NCBI GenBank assembly: GCA_963575745.1
Contig: CAUYUJ010000090.1
Span: forward strand, 62,001-118,417
DNA from: Prorocentrum cordatum
Taxonomy: Eukaryota
Direction: 5' to 3'
Length of the DNA: 56,417 nucleotides
Numbering within the stretch: the first letter of the stretch is position 1; every line of letters starts with the position of its first letter. The notes below the pieces were generated by a model. That model saw only the letters and a list, made by a program, of their open reading frames with translations, had not been told where the DNA came from and did not search any database. This document shows positions 1 through 14,576 of this stretch, piece by piece. Made by a program: the position numbers and the translations under genes.

Positions 1-620
1 CATCATCATCCTCAGCACCTTCATCATCATCATCACCATCATGATAATCAGAATCAGAATCATCATGATCATCATCATCACAATCATCATCATCATCAGC
101 ATCATCATCTTCGTCATCATCATCAGCAGCATTATCAGCATCATCATCATCGACATCATCGTCGTCAGCATCATCATCATCATCATCATCAACTGCATCA
201 GCATCATCATCACCCTCATCACCATCATCACCATCATCATCATCATCGCCATCATCCGTATCATCAGCAATACAATCATCGTCAGCACCACCACTACCAC
301 TAGCTCTCTCCTCCCTCTCCTCCCTTTGCTCCCTCTCCTCCTCCTCCCCCTCCTCCCCCTCCTCCTCCTCCGCCTCCTTTTCCTCCTCCTCCTGCTCCTC
401 CTCCTCCTTCTCCTCGTCCTCTTCCTCTTCCTCCTCCTCCTCCTCCTTCACCTTCTCCTCCTCCTCCTCTCCTCCTCCTCCTCCTCCTACTCCTCTTCCT
501 CCTCCTCCTCCCCCTTTCACCCCCTCTCCTTCTCTTACTCCTCTATCCACCTCCTCTCTCCTCTCTCACTCCTCTCCTTTTCGTCTTTCTCCTCTCTCGC
601 TCCTCCTTCTCTCCCCCCCT
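1..620. repeat. Degenerate (CAT)n then (CCT)n microsatellite
   Basis: Direct reading: CAT/CAG triplets to ~300, then CCT/CTC pyrimidine triplets. Confidence 0.95.
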
Positions 621-621
621 C

Positions 622-684
622 CTGTTCCAAGAGCTCGATGGCGCGGTCCAGGGCCTCGACTGCCATGCTGTAAGTGACGAGGTC
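622..684 (-). CDS. Host coiled-coil gene, 5th visible exon (DLVTYSMAVEALDRAIELLEQ)
   Basis: 63 nt, acceptor CAG|G (AG at 686-685), GA donor at 621-620. G/C-ending codons in a unique island between microsatellites. Continues the 3757-3867 exon in frame. Confidence 0.75.
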
Positions 685-739
685 CTGCCGGGACGGACTG
701 GCACACCCACGTCGGCCCAGCCCGCACCCCCTGCCATCC

Positions 740-3300
<2,561 letters not shown>

Positions 3301-3756
3301 GAGCCCTCCGACGACATCTGATTCACCCAGCAGTGCACCCTAATAGCAGCAAAATTACGAATCGTGATCATGATCATGATGAGACGGCGATGGTGACGGC
3401 ATGCGATGACGTACTAAGCGAAACGGCTTCTGTGGTCCTATTGTGTACAGAGATCTCCAGCGAAACGGAGATTCGGGGAGTCTAGTCTCCTACCTTTCCC
3501 CCGTCCCCCCTGTAGGACTCTTCTGTGGCCCTACTTTGTGAAAACGTCTCTGGCGAAACGGCGACTCCCTTTCCACACGGTAGGACTTCTGTGGTCCTTC
3601 TTGACCGCTATTAGAATCCTCCCCGCATGCACTATGAAAGAAAATCGCTGTCAAAGCGCAGTAAACCTGCGAATGCATCCCGAAATCATCCTCATCCAGC
3701 CTTCGTCCTCTGTCCTCGGTCCGCAATCCTACTCCTAACACTGCTAATTGTGGGTC

Positions 3757-3867
3757 CTGCTTGAACGCCTGGGTCGCGTTGCTATGCTCCAGTCGCAGCG
3801 ACTCCAGCTGCACGCCGAGCTGCAAGTACTCCGTCTGGCGCTCCGTGATCTCGGAGGACAGCTGCGC
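3757..3867 (-). CDS. Host coiled-coil gene, 4th visible exon (AQLSSEITERQTEYLQLGVQLESLRLEHSNATQAFKQ)
   Basis: 111 nt, acceptor AAG|G (AG at 3869-3868), GA donor at 3756-3755, phase 0, heptad-like pattern. Confidence 0.75.
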
Positions 3868-4254
3868 CTTTGATCCTTCTCGTTCCTCCTCGTCGCACCC
3901 TTGCCCTTACACTACGGACCAGTGCTGGGGGGGAGGAAGGCCTTCTGAGGAAGGGGGCGTTTTGGAAGGGGTCGGCCCCTCAAACACCATGCGCCACACG
4001 CCTTCCAAGGAGCCCGGGGGCCTTATTAGGCGACCGCCCAGTGAAAATGTCCACTCTGGCGTGCCGCTGACTCCCTCTCCTCCTCCTCCTCCTCCTCCTC
4101 CTCCTCCTCCTCCCCTCCTCCTCCTCCTCCTCCCCCTCCTCCTCCTCCTCCTCCTCCTCCTCCTCCTCCTCCTCCTCCTCCTCCTCCTCCTCGTCCTCCT
4201 CCTCCTCCTCCTCCTCCTCCTCCTCCTCCTCCTCCTCCTCCTCCTCCTCCTCCT

Positions 4255-6552
4255 CCTCTTACTATTATTATTGATCTTCTTATTATTAGCAGCTTTTCCT
4301 TAGTATTATGGTTGTTGTTATTATTCGTTTTTGTATTCATAGTACGCTCCTTATTGTTAGCACTACTGTTATCATTATCGTTATTCTTCGCATTCGTATT
4401 ACTCTTATCATTGTTCTTATTCTTAATATTAATAGTGCTAATAGTATTAGCGTGAGCGTCCTTACTATTCTTAGTAATATGGACACTGCTATCATTGCTC
4501 GTACTACTGCTACTTACTAATATTCTCAGTCTTCGTAGTAGTACTACCCTTTGTTTACTAGTATTAGTGTTAGTATGACCATGATGCGTGTGCTGATATG
4601 GCTACTCGTACTATGACTACTAATATGAGTATTCGTATGGTTGGTCGTCTTGTGAGTATTAGTAGTGTTGATAAAATTGTTTGATCATTGGTAGTAGTAT
4701 GAGTGCTTCCTTCGTATTATTAGTAATATGGGTCGTAGTCATACTATGATTCTTAATCGTACGAAAATAACTACTATTATGTGTCGTCTCAATATGATGA
4801 ATAATCTCTTTTTAGTGGTATGGCAACTATTAGAATTCGTACTATTCCCTCTCATCCTCATCCTCATCCTCCCTCCCTCCCTCCCTTCCTCCCTCCCTCC
4901 TTCCCTGCCCCCCCCGCCCCCCCCTCCCTCCCTCCCTCCACTATTACACAATATGAAAATACTCTCCCACTTCCCCTGATGGCGTCCCGAAGATGGCCGA
5001 CCCCCCCCCCCCCGCGTACTGTTTTTTTACACACAGGATTCCCGGGAAACGGGTTTTCGCCTGCGTTTTGTTTCAAAATGCTGCTCTCGCTGAGGCGCCG
5101 GCCTCATTTCTGCTCCCGAATCGTTCCGAATCGTGCTCCCGCTGCAGCGTGGGCCTCATTTTCGGATCGGTGTTTGGCCTCCGTCGTTCAGGATGGCGTT
5201 CTCGCCCCAGCGCGGGCCTTTTTCTCGCGCGCCCATCCGCCCGCCACCACCGCGCCGCACCGCCACCACCACCACCACCACCACCACCACCACCACCACC
5301 ACCACCACCACCACCACCACCACCACCACCACCACCACCACCACCACCACCACCACCACCACGCACACACGCACGCACGCACGCACGTGCACCACCACCC
5401 ACTACGCACGCGCGCGCGGAGCCACAGGTCCGCTACGACACGCGTCCGCGGATAGAGAAAATCAGCGCCATGGTAAGGGATGGGAGGGAGGGGTAGGACG
5501 TCAGATATGACGCGAGCGCACCTAGCTTGCCTCCCTCCCCTCCCCTCCCTCCCCTCCTCCTTCCCTTCCCCCCCCCCCTCCCCCCCCCCCCCTCCTCCCT
5601 CCCCTCCCACCCACCCTCCCTCCCTCCCCCCTTTCCCCCCCTCCTTCCTCCCTCCTCTCCCTCCCCTACCCCTCCTCCCTCGATCCCTCCCTCCCTTCCT
5701 CCTTCCCTCACCTCCCTCCTTCCTCCCTCCCCACCCCCACCCCCACTCCCCCTTCCCCCCCTCCCTCCTTCCATCCCTCCCCCCCTCCCTTCCCTCCCCC
5801 ACTCTCTCCCTCCCTCCTCCTCTTCCTCCTCCTCCTCCTCCTCCTCCCCCTCCTCCTCCTCCTCCTGCTCCTCCTCCTCCTCATACTACTATTAGTATTG
5901 CTTTTCTTATTAGTAGCAGGTTGTCCTTATTATTATGTTTGTTCGTATTCTTCGCTTATCGACTTAGTCTTAGCACGACTGTTATCGTTGTCAGTATTCT
6001 TCGCATTCGTATTACTCTCATCAGTGTTCTTATTATTAATATTATAGTGCTAATAGTATTAGCGTGAGTGTTATGACTATTCTTAGTAATATAGCCACTG
6101 GTGCCATCGCTCGTACTACTGTTACGTATTCTCAGTATTCGTAGTAATACGACCCTTTGTTTACTCGTATTAGTGTCAGTATGACCATGATTCGTGTGCT
6201 GCTATGACTACTCTTAATATGAATACAAATATGAGTGTTCGTATGATTGGTCGCCTTGTGAGTATTAGTAGTATTCATAAAAGTTGTAATATCATTGGTA
6301 GTAGTGCGAGTGCTTTCTTGATAGTATTAGTACTATGGGTCGCAGTCATACTAGTATTACTCGTATGAATGTAACTTCTGTTATGTGTCGTCTCAGTATG
6401 ATGAGTAGTATCTTTATTAGTGGTACGGCAACTATTAGAATTCGTAGTATTCTTTCTCATCCTCATCCTCACCATCCCTCCCTACCTTCCTCCCTCCCTC
6501 CCTCCCTGCCCCCCCCCTCATCCCTCCCTCCCTCCCTCCCCTCTCTCCCCTC
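4255..6552 (+). repeat. Diverged direct duplication of an AT-rich ~650-bp segment (copies ~4255-4930 and ~5885-6552)
   Basis: Shared blocks, e.g. 'ttcttcgcattcgtattactct', 'atagtgctaatagtattagcgtgag', 'ggcaactattagaattcgta', offset ~1.6 kb. The copies flank a (CCA)n run at ~5263-5360 and a C-rich tract. Confidence 0.85.
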
Positions 6553-6652
6553 NNNNNNNNNNNNNNNNNNNNNNNNNNNNNNNNNNNNNNNNNNNNNNNN
6601 NNNNNNNNNNNNNNNNNNNNNNNNNNNNNNNNNNNNNNNNNNNNNNNNNNNN
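6553..6652. other. Assembly gap (100 N)
   Basis: Run of exactly 100 N, likely a placeholder of unknown true length. Confidence 0.99.
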
Positions 6653-7064
6653 CCTCCTCCTCCTCCTCTTCATCCTCCTCATCCTCCTCCTCATCTTCCT
6701 CCTCCGCCCCTCCTCCTCCTCCTCCTCCTCCTCCTCCTCAGCCTCCGCCTCCGCCTCCTCCTCATGTTCCTCCTCCTCATCCTCCTCCCTCGCCTCCTCC
6801 TCCTCCTCTTCATCACCCTCCTCCTCATCGCCCTCCTCCTCATCGTCCTCCTCCTCCTCATGTTCCGCGTGATCCTCTTCCTCCTCCTCAGATTAGTATT
6901 ATTAGCTTTAGTGGTATCACTATTGTTGGTGGTATTAGTAATGGTAGTATTAGTAGCGTTATGAGTGTTAGTAGTATCAGTATTGTTAGTAGTATTAGTA
7001 TTAGTATTAGTCGTATCATTGTGTGTTATTATTATTAGCATCAGTATGGTTCGTCTTCGTATTC

Positions 7065-7130
<66 letters not shown>

Positions 7131-7910
7131 ACAGCAGTAGTAGTAGTAGTAGCAGCATACGTAGAATTCTTTTTATGCGTAGTATTAGTCGTGTTCTAAT
7201 TAGCAATATTAGTTTTACGAATATGATTATTATTGATCGCCGTATTATGTTTAGTATTAGACGTGGTCGGTTTAGTTGCATTGCTATTAGTTCTCGCCGT
7301 AGTCTTCTTATTCTCCTTTATTAGCATTCGTAGTCGTAGCATGTGGCTTATTATCAGTATGAGTAGGCTTCGTCGTATTCGTATGAGTAGTATCATTAGT
7401 CGTAGTATGCTTATTAGTAGCCGCATGACTAATATTAGTATTCGTCTTCTTATTCGTAGTATTATTATTATTCTTAGTGTGGTTATTATTATTATTCGTA
7501 TTCGGAGTCGCAGTCTTAGTAATGGTGTGCTGATTCGCAGTCGTCTCCTTAGTATTAATCGTATTAGTGTGCATTCGTATTATTATTCGTAGTAGTCTTG
7601 TTCTTCTTCTTCAAGATAGTATTAGTGATCGTCTTGTTTTTCTTCTTATTATCAGTCGTCTTAGTATTAGTCTTATGCGTCGCCTTATTGTTAGTGGTAC
7701 TAGTATTAGTATTCCTCCTCCTCCGCCTCCTCGTCCTCCTCCTCCTCCTCATCATCATCATCCACTTCCTCCGCCTCCTCCTCCTCCTTCTCCTCCACCT
7801 CCTCCTCCTCCTCATCCTCCTCTTCCTTCTCCTCCTCCTCCTCCTCCTATTCCTCCTCCTCATCCTCCTCCTCCTCCTCCTCCTTCTCCTCCTCCTCCTC
7901 CTCCTCCTCC
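6653..7910. repeat. (CCT)n and decayed (TAG/TAT)n microsatellites
   Basis: Pure AGT run ~7066-7130 with decayed flanks, and CCT runs at both ends. Confidence 0.9.
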
Positions 7911-8644
7911 GTCCCCCGAGATGTGGGCCCCCGTCGTGCGCCGCCCGCTCGTTCCTGCCCAGCGTGCCCGTCGAGAGCGAAAGCGGACCACCCACGTGTG
8001 TGTAGGGTTCCCCGAGGGCGCCATAAGTAGGTTGTTGGCGCCAAGCCCCCACCCCTTCCTCCTTGAAATCCCTCTCCTCCCGCGCGTGCGACCCCCAAGA
8101 GTTCGGGCCTGGACACCAAGTCCAGGAGCTCGACCGTGTCCTGATCAGTTCGAGTCGAGGGGCGCACGCGGTGCGCCCACATCGACGGTCGTTTGGCATC
8201 GCCCGAGCCTGCAACCCGAGAACGGAAGGGGGTTGAGCGGGGCAGTGTGGGAGTCGGGGGGAGAGGGTGCAAAGTATGCTCGAGCAGGCGAACACCAACC
8301 GCGTCGGCGCGCTGTTCGACAGCAAGGACCGCGCCACCCCCTCCCCCGCCCTCCCCATCGAGCTCCTCGGATTGGTTGCGCACGCGTGTTTGAACATGCG
8401 TGTCGTGCGCGCGCCGCGCTTCTTGGTCTGCACGTTCTCCTCCTCCTCCTCCTCCTCCTCCTCCTCCTCCTGCTCCTCCTCCTCCTCCGATTGCTCCTCC
8501 TCATCATCATCCTCCTCTTCCTCATCATTCTCCTCCTCACCATCATCATCATCATCATCATCATCAGCAGCAGCATCATCATCATCATCACCATCACCAT
8601 CACCATCACCATCACCATCACCATCAGCATCATCATTCGTGTCG

Positions 8645-9245
8645 GGTTTTTGTCTCTAGGGTTCAAGTGCGTGTCCGGATTGTGCCTCTAAGGTTGAAGT
8701 GCGTGTCATGCCTGTGCTTCGAAGGTTTACGTACGCGTCGCGCCTGTGTCTCTCAGGTTCAAATGTGCGTCGCGCCTGTGTCTCTAAGGTTTAAGCGCGT
8801 GTCTAGATTGCGTCTCTTATATTCAAGTGCGTGTCAGGATTGTGTCCCTAACGCTCAAATGCGTGGCATGATTTTAAATGTGTGTCAACCTTGTGGCTCT
8901 AAGGCTCAAGTGCATGTCAGCATTGTGCCCCTAAGGTTTGAGTGCACGCCAGGAATGTGTCTCTAAGGCTTAAGTGCGTTTCCAGAATGTGTCTGTAAGG
9001 TTTGAGAGCGTGACGGGGTTGCGTCTCTATTGTTTAGTGTGTGTGTCAAGATTACGAATCTGACATGTTGAACTGCGTGTCAGGATTGTGTCTCTAAGGT
9101 TTGAGTGCGTGTCAATATTGTGTCTCTAAGGTTCAGGCGCGTGTCAACATTGTGTATTTAAGGTTTGAATGCGTGCTTCAACAATGTGTCTCTAAGGTTT
9201 TAGTGCGTGTCAAAGTTGCGTCACGAAGGTTTGAGTGCGCATGAG
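8645..9245 (+). repeat. 32-bp minisatellite (consensus ~TGTCTCTAAGGTTTGAGTGCGTGTCAGGATTG), about 19 diverged copies
   Basis: The tgtctctaagg motif recurs at 32-bp spacing (9089/9121; variants at 8651/8683). Confidence 0.85.
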
Positions 9246-9639
9246 GCTCTCAGTAGGAGAAGGAGGAAAAGGAAAATAAGGAGGAGGAGTCAAGAAACCG
9301 TTTCCCGTGAAAAACACGCAAGGGTCTCACCCGGAGAACCAGACGATTTGGGGTTGGCCTCCGCTCACACGGAGAAGCGTCCAATTTCCTGGGAAATCAA
9401 CCCTTTTCCCAAAGAACACCTTTTCTCCACAGAACACCCACCCCCCGGTTCGAACCAGGGGAGGGGGAGGGGGGCACTTTCGCCATCATAACGCCTTATC
9501 CTGGCACTGGTATCAAAACCTCCTTGCCCATCTTGATGGTACTACGGCTGATGGGGACAGTCCGGGCCACTATTGTTGGTAGCCGCCCCCATGCAAGGTG
9601 GAGGCTGCAAGGTCGGAGTGTGAGCTGGAGTCGGGGACC

Positions 9640-11420
9640 GTCAGCGCTGGCGTTAGCGCTGGCGTCAGTGCTGGCGTCGGCGCTGGTGTAGGCGATGGCG
9701 TTGGTGCCGACGCAATCGCAGGCGTTCATGCTGGCGTCGGCGCTGACGTCGGTGCTGGGATAGATGTCGGTGATGGCACTGATGCTGGTATGGGCACTGA
9801 CGTTGGTGCTGTCGCAGGCGCTGGCCTTTGTGCCGGCGTTAGTGCTGTCGTCAGCGCTGTAGGCACTGGCGTTGGTGCCGGCGCCATCGCAAGCGGTGCT
9901 GGTGTAGGCGGTGGCGTTGGTGCAAGCCCAAGCACTGGCTTTCGTGCCGGTTTCAGTGCTGGCGTCGACGCTGGCGTCGGTGCGGGCAACATCGCGGGCG
10001 TGTATGCTGGCGTCGGCGCTTGCGTCGGTGCTGGTGTAGGCGTCGGCGTTGGTGCTGGCGTCGATGTTGACATCGGTGCTGGTGTAGGCGCTAGCATTAG
10101 TGTAAGCGCAGGCGCCAGCGTTCGTGCTGGCTTCGGTGCTGGCGTCGACGCTGGTGTAGGCACTGGCGTTGGTGCTGGGTCATCGTGGGTGTAGTGCTGA
10201 CGTCGGTGCTGACGTCGTGCTGACGTCGGTGCCGGGGTAAATGTCGGCGTTCGCGCTGGCGTCAGTGATGACATCGATGCTGGCGTGGGTGCTGGCGTTG
10301 GTGTTGTCGCAGGAGCTGGCATTCGTGCTGGCGTCAATGCTGTCGTCGGCGCTGGTGTGGGCGCTGGCGTTGGTGCTGGCGCCATCGCAGGCGTTCATTC
10401 TGGCGAGGTTGCTTGTGTTGGTGCTGGTGTGGATGTCGGCGTTAGTGCTGGCGTCGGTGATTACGTCGGTGCTGGCGTAGGCGCTGGCGTTGGTGCTGTC
10501 GCAGGCGCCAGCTTTCGTGCTGGCGTCAATGCTGTCGGCGCTGCTGCAGGCGCCGGCGTTGGTGCCGGCGCCACCGCAGGCGCTCACGCTGGCGAGGGTG
10601 CTTGCGTCGGTGCTGGTGTTGGTGTCGGCATTAGTCTTGGCGTCGGTGATGACGTCGGTGCTGGTGTGGGCGCTGGCTTCGGCGCCGGCTCAGGCGCCGG
10701 CGTTCGTGCTGGCGTCAGTGCAGCAGGCGGCGCTGGTGTAGGCGCTGGCGTCGGTGCCGGCGCAATCGCACGCGTCCATGCTGACGTCGGTCCTGGCATC
10801 AGCGATGGCGCAGGCGCCGGCGATGGTTCTGGCGACGGCGCTTGCGTCGAGGCCAGCGAAAGCGCCTGCGTGGGTGCTAGCGCTGGTGCGCACACGCACC
10901 GTCTCCGTGACATGTCGATGCGCTTTGTGCGGAGGGGGGGCAGGATCTGCTCCCCGAGCTCTGGCCACCTAGCTGCGGCCCCATGTCGGCCGACAAGCGC
11001 TGGCGGTAGTGCTGGCGTCAGTGCTGGCGTCGTGGCTGGTGTAGGCGCTGGCGTTCGTACTGGCGCAATCGCAGGCGATCGTGCTGACGTCGATGCTGCC
11101 GTCGGTGCTGGCGTCAGCGATGACGCCTGGGCTGGCGTACGTGCTGGCGTCGGTGCCCGCATCAGTGATGACGATGGCGTTGGTGCTCGCATGTTGGGTT
11201 GATATCGGCGTTGGTGGAGGCGCTGCTGTTGTTGTCGGTGCAAGCGCAGGCGCGCAGGCTGGCATCGGTGCTGGCGTCGGCGCTGGCGAAGGCGCCAGCG
11301 TTGAGGCTGGCGTCGGTGCCGGCGTCGGTACCGGTTTAGTCGCAGGCGTTTTTGCTGGCGTAGCCGCCAGTGTTGGTGTTTGCGTCGGTGCTGGTGCCGG
11401 CGCTCGTGTAGGTGTTGTGC
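9640..11420 (+). repeat. Degenerate 12-bp minisatellite (GCTGGCGTYGGT) with higher-order periodicity
   Basis: Translates as AGVG repeats broken by stops and frameshifts; recurring 'atcgcaggcg' landmarks. Confidence 0.85.
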
Positions 11421-11971
11421 TGCTCGCACAAACGCCGCACGCCGATATTGGACTCGTCGCATGGCGTCGCACAGCATCAAATAAAAGAAAGGTCCGTATT
11501 TGCCGCAAGCCTAAGTTACGTCACTACACCTCCGGCCAGGTTGACGTCACCACACTTTCCGTCAATAAACATGCAGCTGCGCGTCTTCGCACGCATGGGC
11601 TGTCTGGGCCGGTCACCAGCAGACGCTGAAATGCGTCTCAATGAGGGGCATTTTGTCCCCGGCATGTGCATGTGCCGCTGCGAGTGTTGTCCGCTGGAAT
11701 CCGCGGCAATCTCGCGCCAATTAATGACGTACCGCGCCCCGGACGTTGTGCTCGCTCCCTGTCTCTCGCCTCGGAGCCGCGAACCAAAAAAATCTTCGCA
11801 CACATTCCTTGCAGAAATATGGGGCCGGGCAGAAAACGGAACGGCGTCCAAAAATTGGTCCGTCTTGCCGAATGAAGCGCTGTTCAAATGCAACCGCCCC
11901 TGGCGGCTGATCGACACTGTCTGGTGGTCCCCGAGCAGCACACAGCGTGTCCTCATAGACTGGCCGGCGCA

Positions 11972-12070
11972 GGAGTCGGCGAGCTGGTCGGTGCGGGAGT
12001 CGGCGAGCTGGTCCGCACGGCAGTCGGTGAGCTGGTGGGCGCTGGAGTCGGCGGGCTGGTCGGCGTGGGA
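11972..12070 (+). repeat. 24-bp tandem repeat, about 4 copies
   Basis: Units of the form gagtcggcgagctggtcggtgcgg (ESASWSVR-like). Confidence 0.8.
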
Positions 12071-12334
12071 GCCGCCGGAGTTGATGCCGGCATCGATGCT
12101 GTTTAGCCAGCTGCCACGTTGCGGAGCGGACCTGCTGCACTGCTGCGGACGACCGCGATGAGACGTAAGAAACACCCCCAAATTCGTGACATGTTCGTTG
12201 CGTCTTGAAGCTCTCGGAGACGCAACGAGCAGGACCCCGATGATGTAGTGGCGGGGCAAGGCAAGCATGAAGACCAAATGTTGCCAGGTCTGCGCCGTGC
12301 CCCATCTGGCGGCTGGATTTCCACCAGACTCTGG

Positions 12335-12790
12335 AGGTGGTGGCTGTTCGCGGTCGTGGTGCCTCTTCCTGGCCATGGCGAATGTTCGCGGTCGTGGTGG
12401 CTGCTTCTGGTCGTGGTAGCTGTTCGTAGTCGCTGTGGCTGCTCGTGGTCATGGTGGCTGCTCGTGGTCGTGGTGGCTGTTTCTGGTCGTGTACATGGTG
12501 TGGGTTCGTGGTCGTGGTGGGTGTTTCTGGTCGTGGTCGTGGTGGGTGTTCGGGGTCGCGGCGGTTGTTCGTGATCGTGGTGGCTGTTTCTGGTCATGGT
12601 CACGGTGACTGTTTGTGGTCGTGGTGGCTGTTTCTGGTCGTGGTGGCTGTTCGTAGTCGTGGTGGGTGTTTCTGGTCGTGGTAGTGATGGCTGTTCGTGG
12701 TCGTGGTGGCTGTTCCCGGTCGTGGTGGCTGTTCGTGGTCGCTTTGGCTGTTGGTGATCGTGGTGGATGATTCTGGCCGTAGTCGTGGGG
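12335..12790 (+). repeat. GGTCGTGGTGGCTGTT-type 18-21-bp minisatellite
   Basis: Repeated gtggtggctgtt(c/tct)/ggtc units read directly. Confidence 0.85.
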
Positions 12791-12859
12791 TCACGGCACC
12801 CGGGGAAGCTGATGGGGGGGCGCCTGCGTCGGGAAAGGACGCGGTTGAAGGGGCCGTGG

Positions 12860-13320
12860 CCCCAGACGCCTTCACGAAACGAAACCATTGCGTCATTGCG
12901 TCATAGAACGCTTCAGTCGGTAGGGGAGTTCGGGCGTGTCGATGGTAATTGGTGCACCAGAACGTCGCATAAACCAAAAGGGCGATCGTCGTGAGGGTAT
13001 CCTTTTTATTGACCAACGGGTTCACCAGCAGAAAAGAATGGAGGTTCACGAACTGGTTCGGGTCGAGGTGCAGAAATTACGCAGCAAGTCGCTCCACCAG
13101 AGGGCATCTAGCGTAGTGCTCAATCGAGTCCTGGATGTGGGGTACTCTGCACAGGAGGCAATCATGGTGTCGTTGGAAGCGACGGGCTGTGGCCCATCGA
13201 CTCCACATGGTGCTGAAGATCGCCGATTGTACCCTAGGGTCCACTTGCGCGCTCAGTTGTCGAAGAAGATGGAGAACTGCCCATCCGTGCCAATGTCCCG
13301 TGCGATGCCAGACAGGAAAG
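12860..13320 (-). pseudogene. 5'-truncated non-LTR (LINE) retrotransposon fragment, C-terminal zinc-binding region
   Basis: PRVQSAIFSTMWSRWATARRFQRHHDCLLCRVPHIQDSIEHYARCP (C-x2-C...H-x3-C, zf-RVT-like). One in-frame stop at 13077-13079, then the same frame continues ...ALLVYATFWCTN. Confidence 0.7.
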
Positions 13321-14000
13321 AAGCTAGTTGTGTGAGCGTGGTCCAGTGAGTTGAGGCACCGCCCACGCAACTAATGGAGTTCGCACAGCCCCTCCCTGTG
13401 CGCACGCGGCCCACCACCGCCGTCCCCCACCTCCCCTGCCTCCTCTTCTCATTCCCTGGCTCCTGAAAGTAACAGTGATCCACCTCCACCTTCTCCTCAT
13501 CCCCTCCTCCTCCTGTCATCCTCCTCCTTCATCCTCCTCTCCTCCTCCTCATCCTCCTCCTCACCTCCTTCCTGTTGACCTACCTCATCCTCTCCTCTCC
13601 TACCTCACTCTCACCTCCTCCTTCCTCATCACCCCTCCTCTCCATTCATCCTCTCTCCTCCTCCTCCTCCATCCTCCTCTCATCATATCTATACATCCTT
13701 TTCGGCTGTCGCCTTCCCATGGGAGTGGCAACCGCCCAGCAATTGTGACCTCATAATCGCGCCCTGAGGATGCGAAACGAACTCCTCCTCCTCCTCCTCC
13801 TCCTCTCCTCTCCTCTACTCCTCCTCCTCCTCCTCCTTCCTTCTCCTCCTCCTCCCTCCTCCTCCTTTCCCTCCTCCCCTCCTCCTCCTCCTTCTCCTCC
13901 TCCTCCTCCTCCTCCTCCTCCTGCTGCTCCACCCCTCCTCCTGACCAGCTTCCTCATCAACACGACGACGACTGCGCTCAGCCAAGTCCAGGCATAGAAA

Positions 14001-14534
14001 ATTCACTGCGACGTACCCAACCCATGTGCATCAAGTGGCAAGAGGAGTAGGCAAACATTAGCAGGAACAACGACAGTGTAGACGCGGTGAATTGCTGAGC
14101 AAACTACATGGGATGCGCATGCGTTGCACGACTTACAGGACGACGATCGAAAGAACGAGGCTTGGGGCCCCAGGCTCGAAGAATAACGGGGACAGGAACG
14201 AGGGGCAGGAGAAGGATGGAAGGGGGGTAATCTGAATATGCGTATGACGTCACTCCGCTGGGCCCCCCAGCAGCCCTCGAAAGTGGCGACAGTTTAACAG
14301 ATCGCAGCCCCCCCATGGATGGCTGAGGTCTAAATCTGAATCTTATGACCCCCATCCGTGGCCCCACCAGCAGCCCATCGAAAGGGGTGTACCGTGTGGC
14401 AGATCGGGCAGCATCCAGGGATGGCGAGGAGCGTGCCAATCATGCGTATGACCACGACCCGCTGGGCCCCCCCAGCAGCCCTCGAAAGTGGCTGACACTG
14501 TCGCCAGATCGAAGCCACCCAGGGATGGCGAGGT

Positions 14535-14576
<42 letters not shown>

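Noticed and set aside
9598..11629. Elastin/silk-like Gly-Ala-Val ORFs
   Set aside because: 12-bp minisatellite with stops and frameshifts, no signal peptide or splice support, and inside an inferred intron.
13941..13997. Possible plus-strand micro-exon (LTSFLINTTTTALSQVQ ending CAG|GC)
   Set aside because: No partner exon or clear AG|G acceptor; it does not fit the minus-strand gene model.
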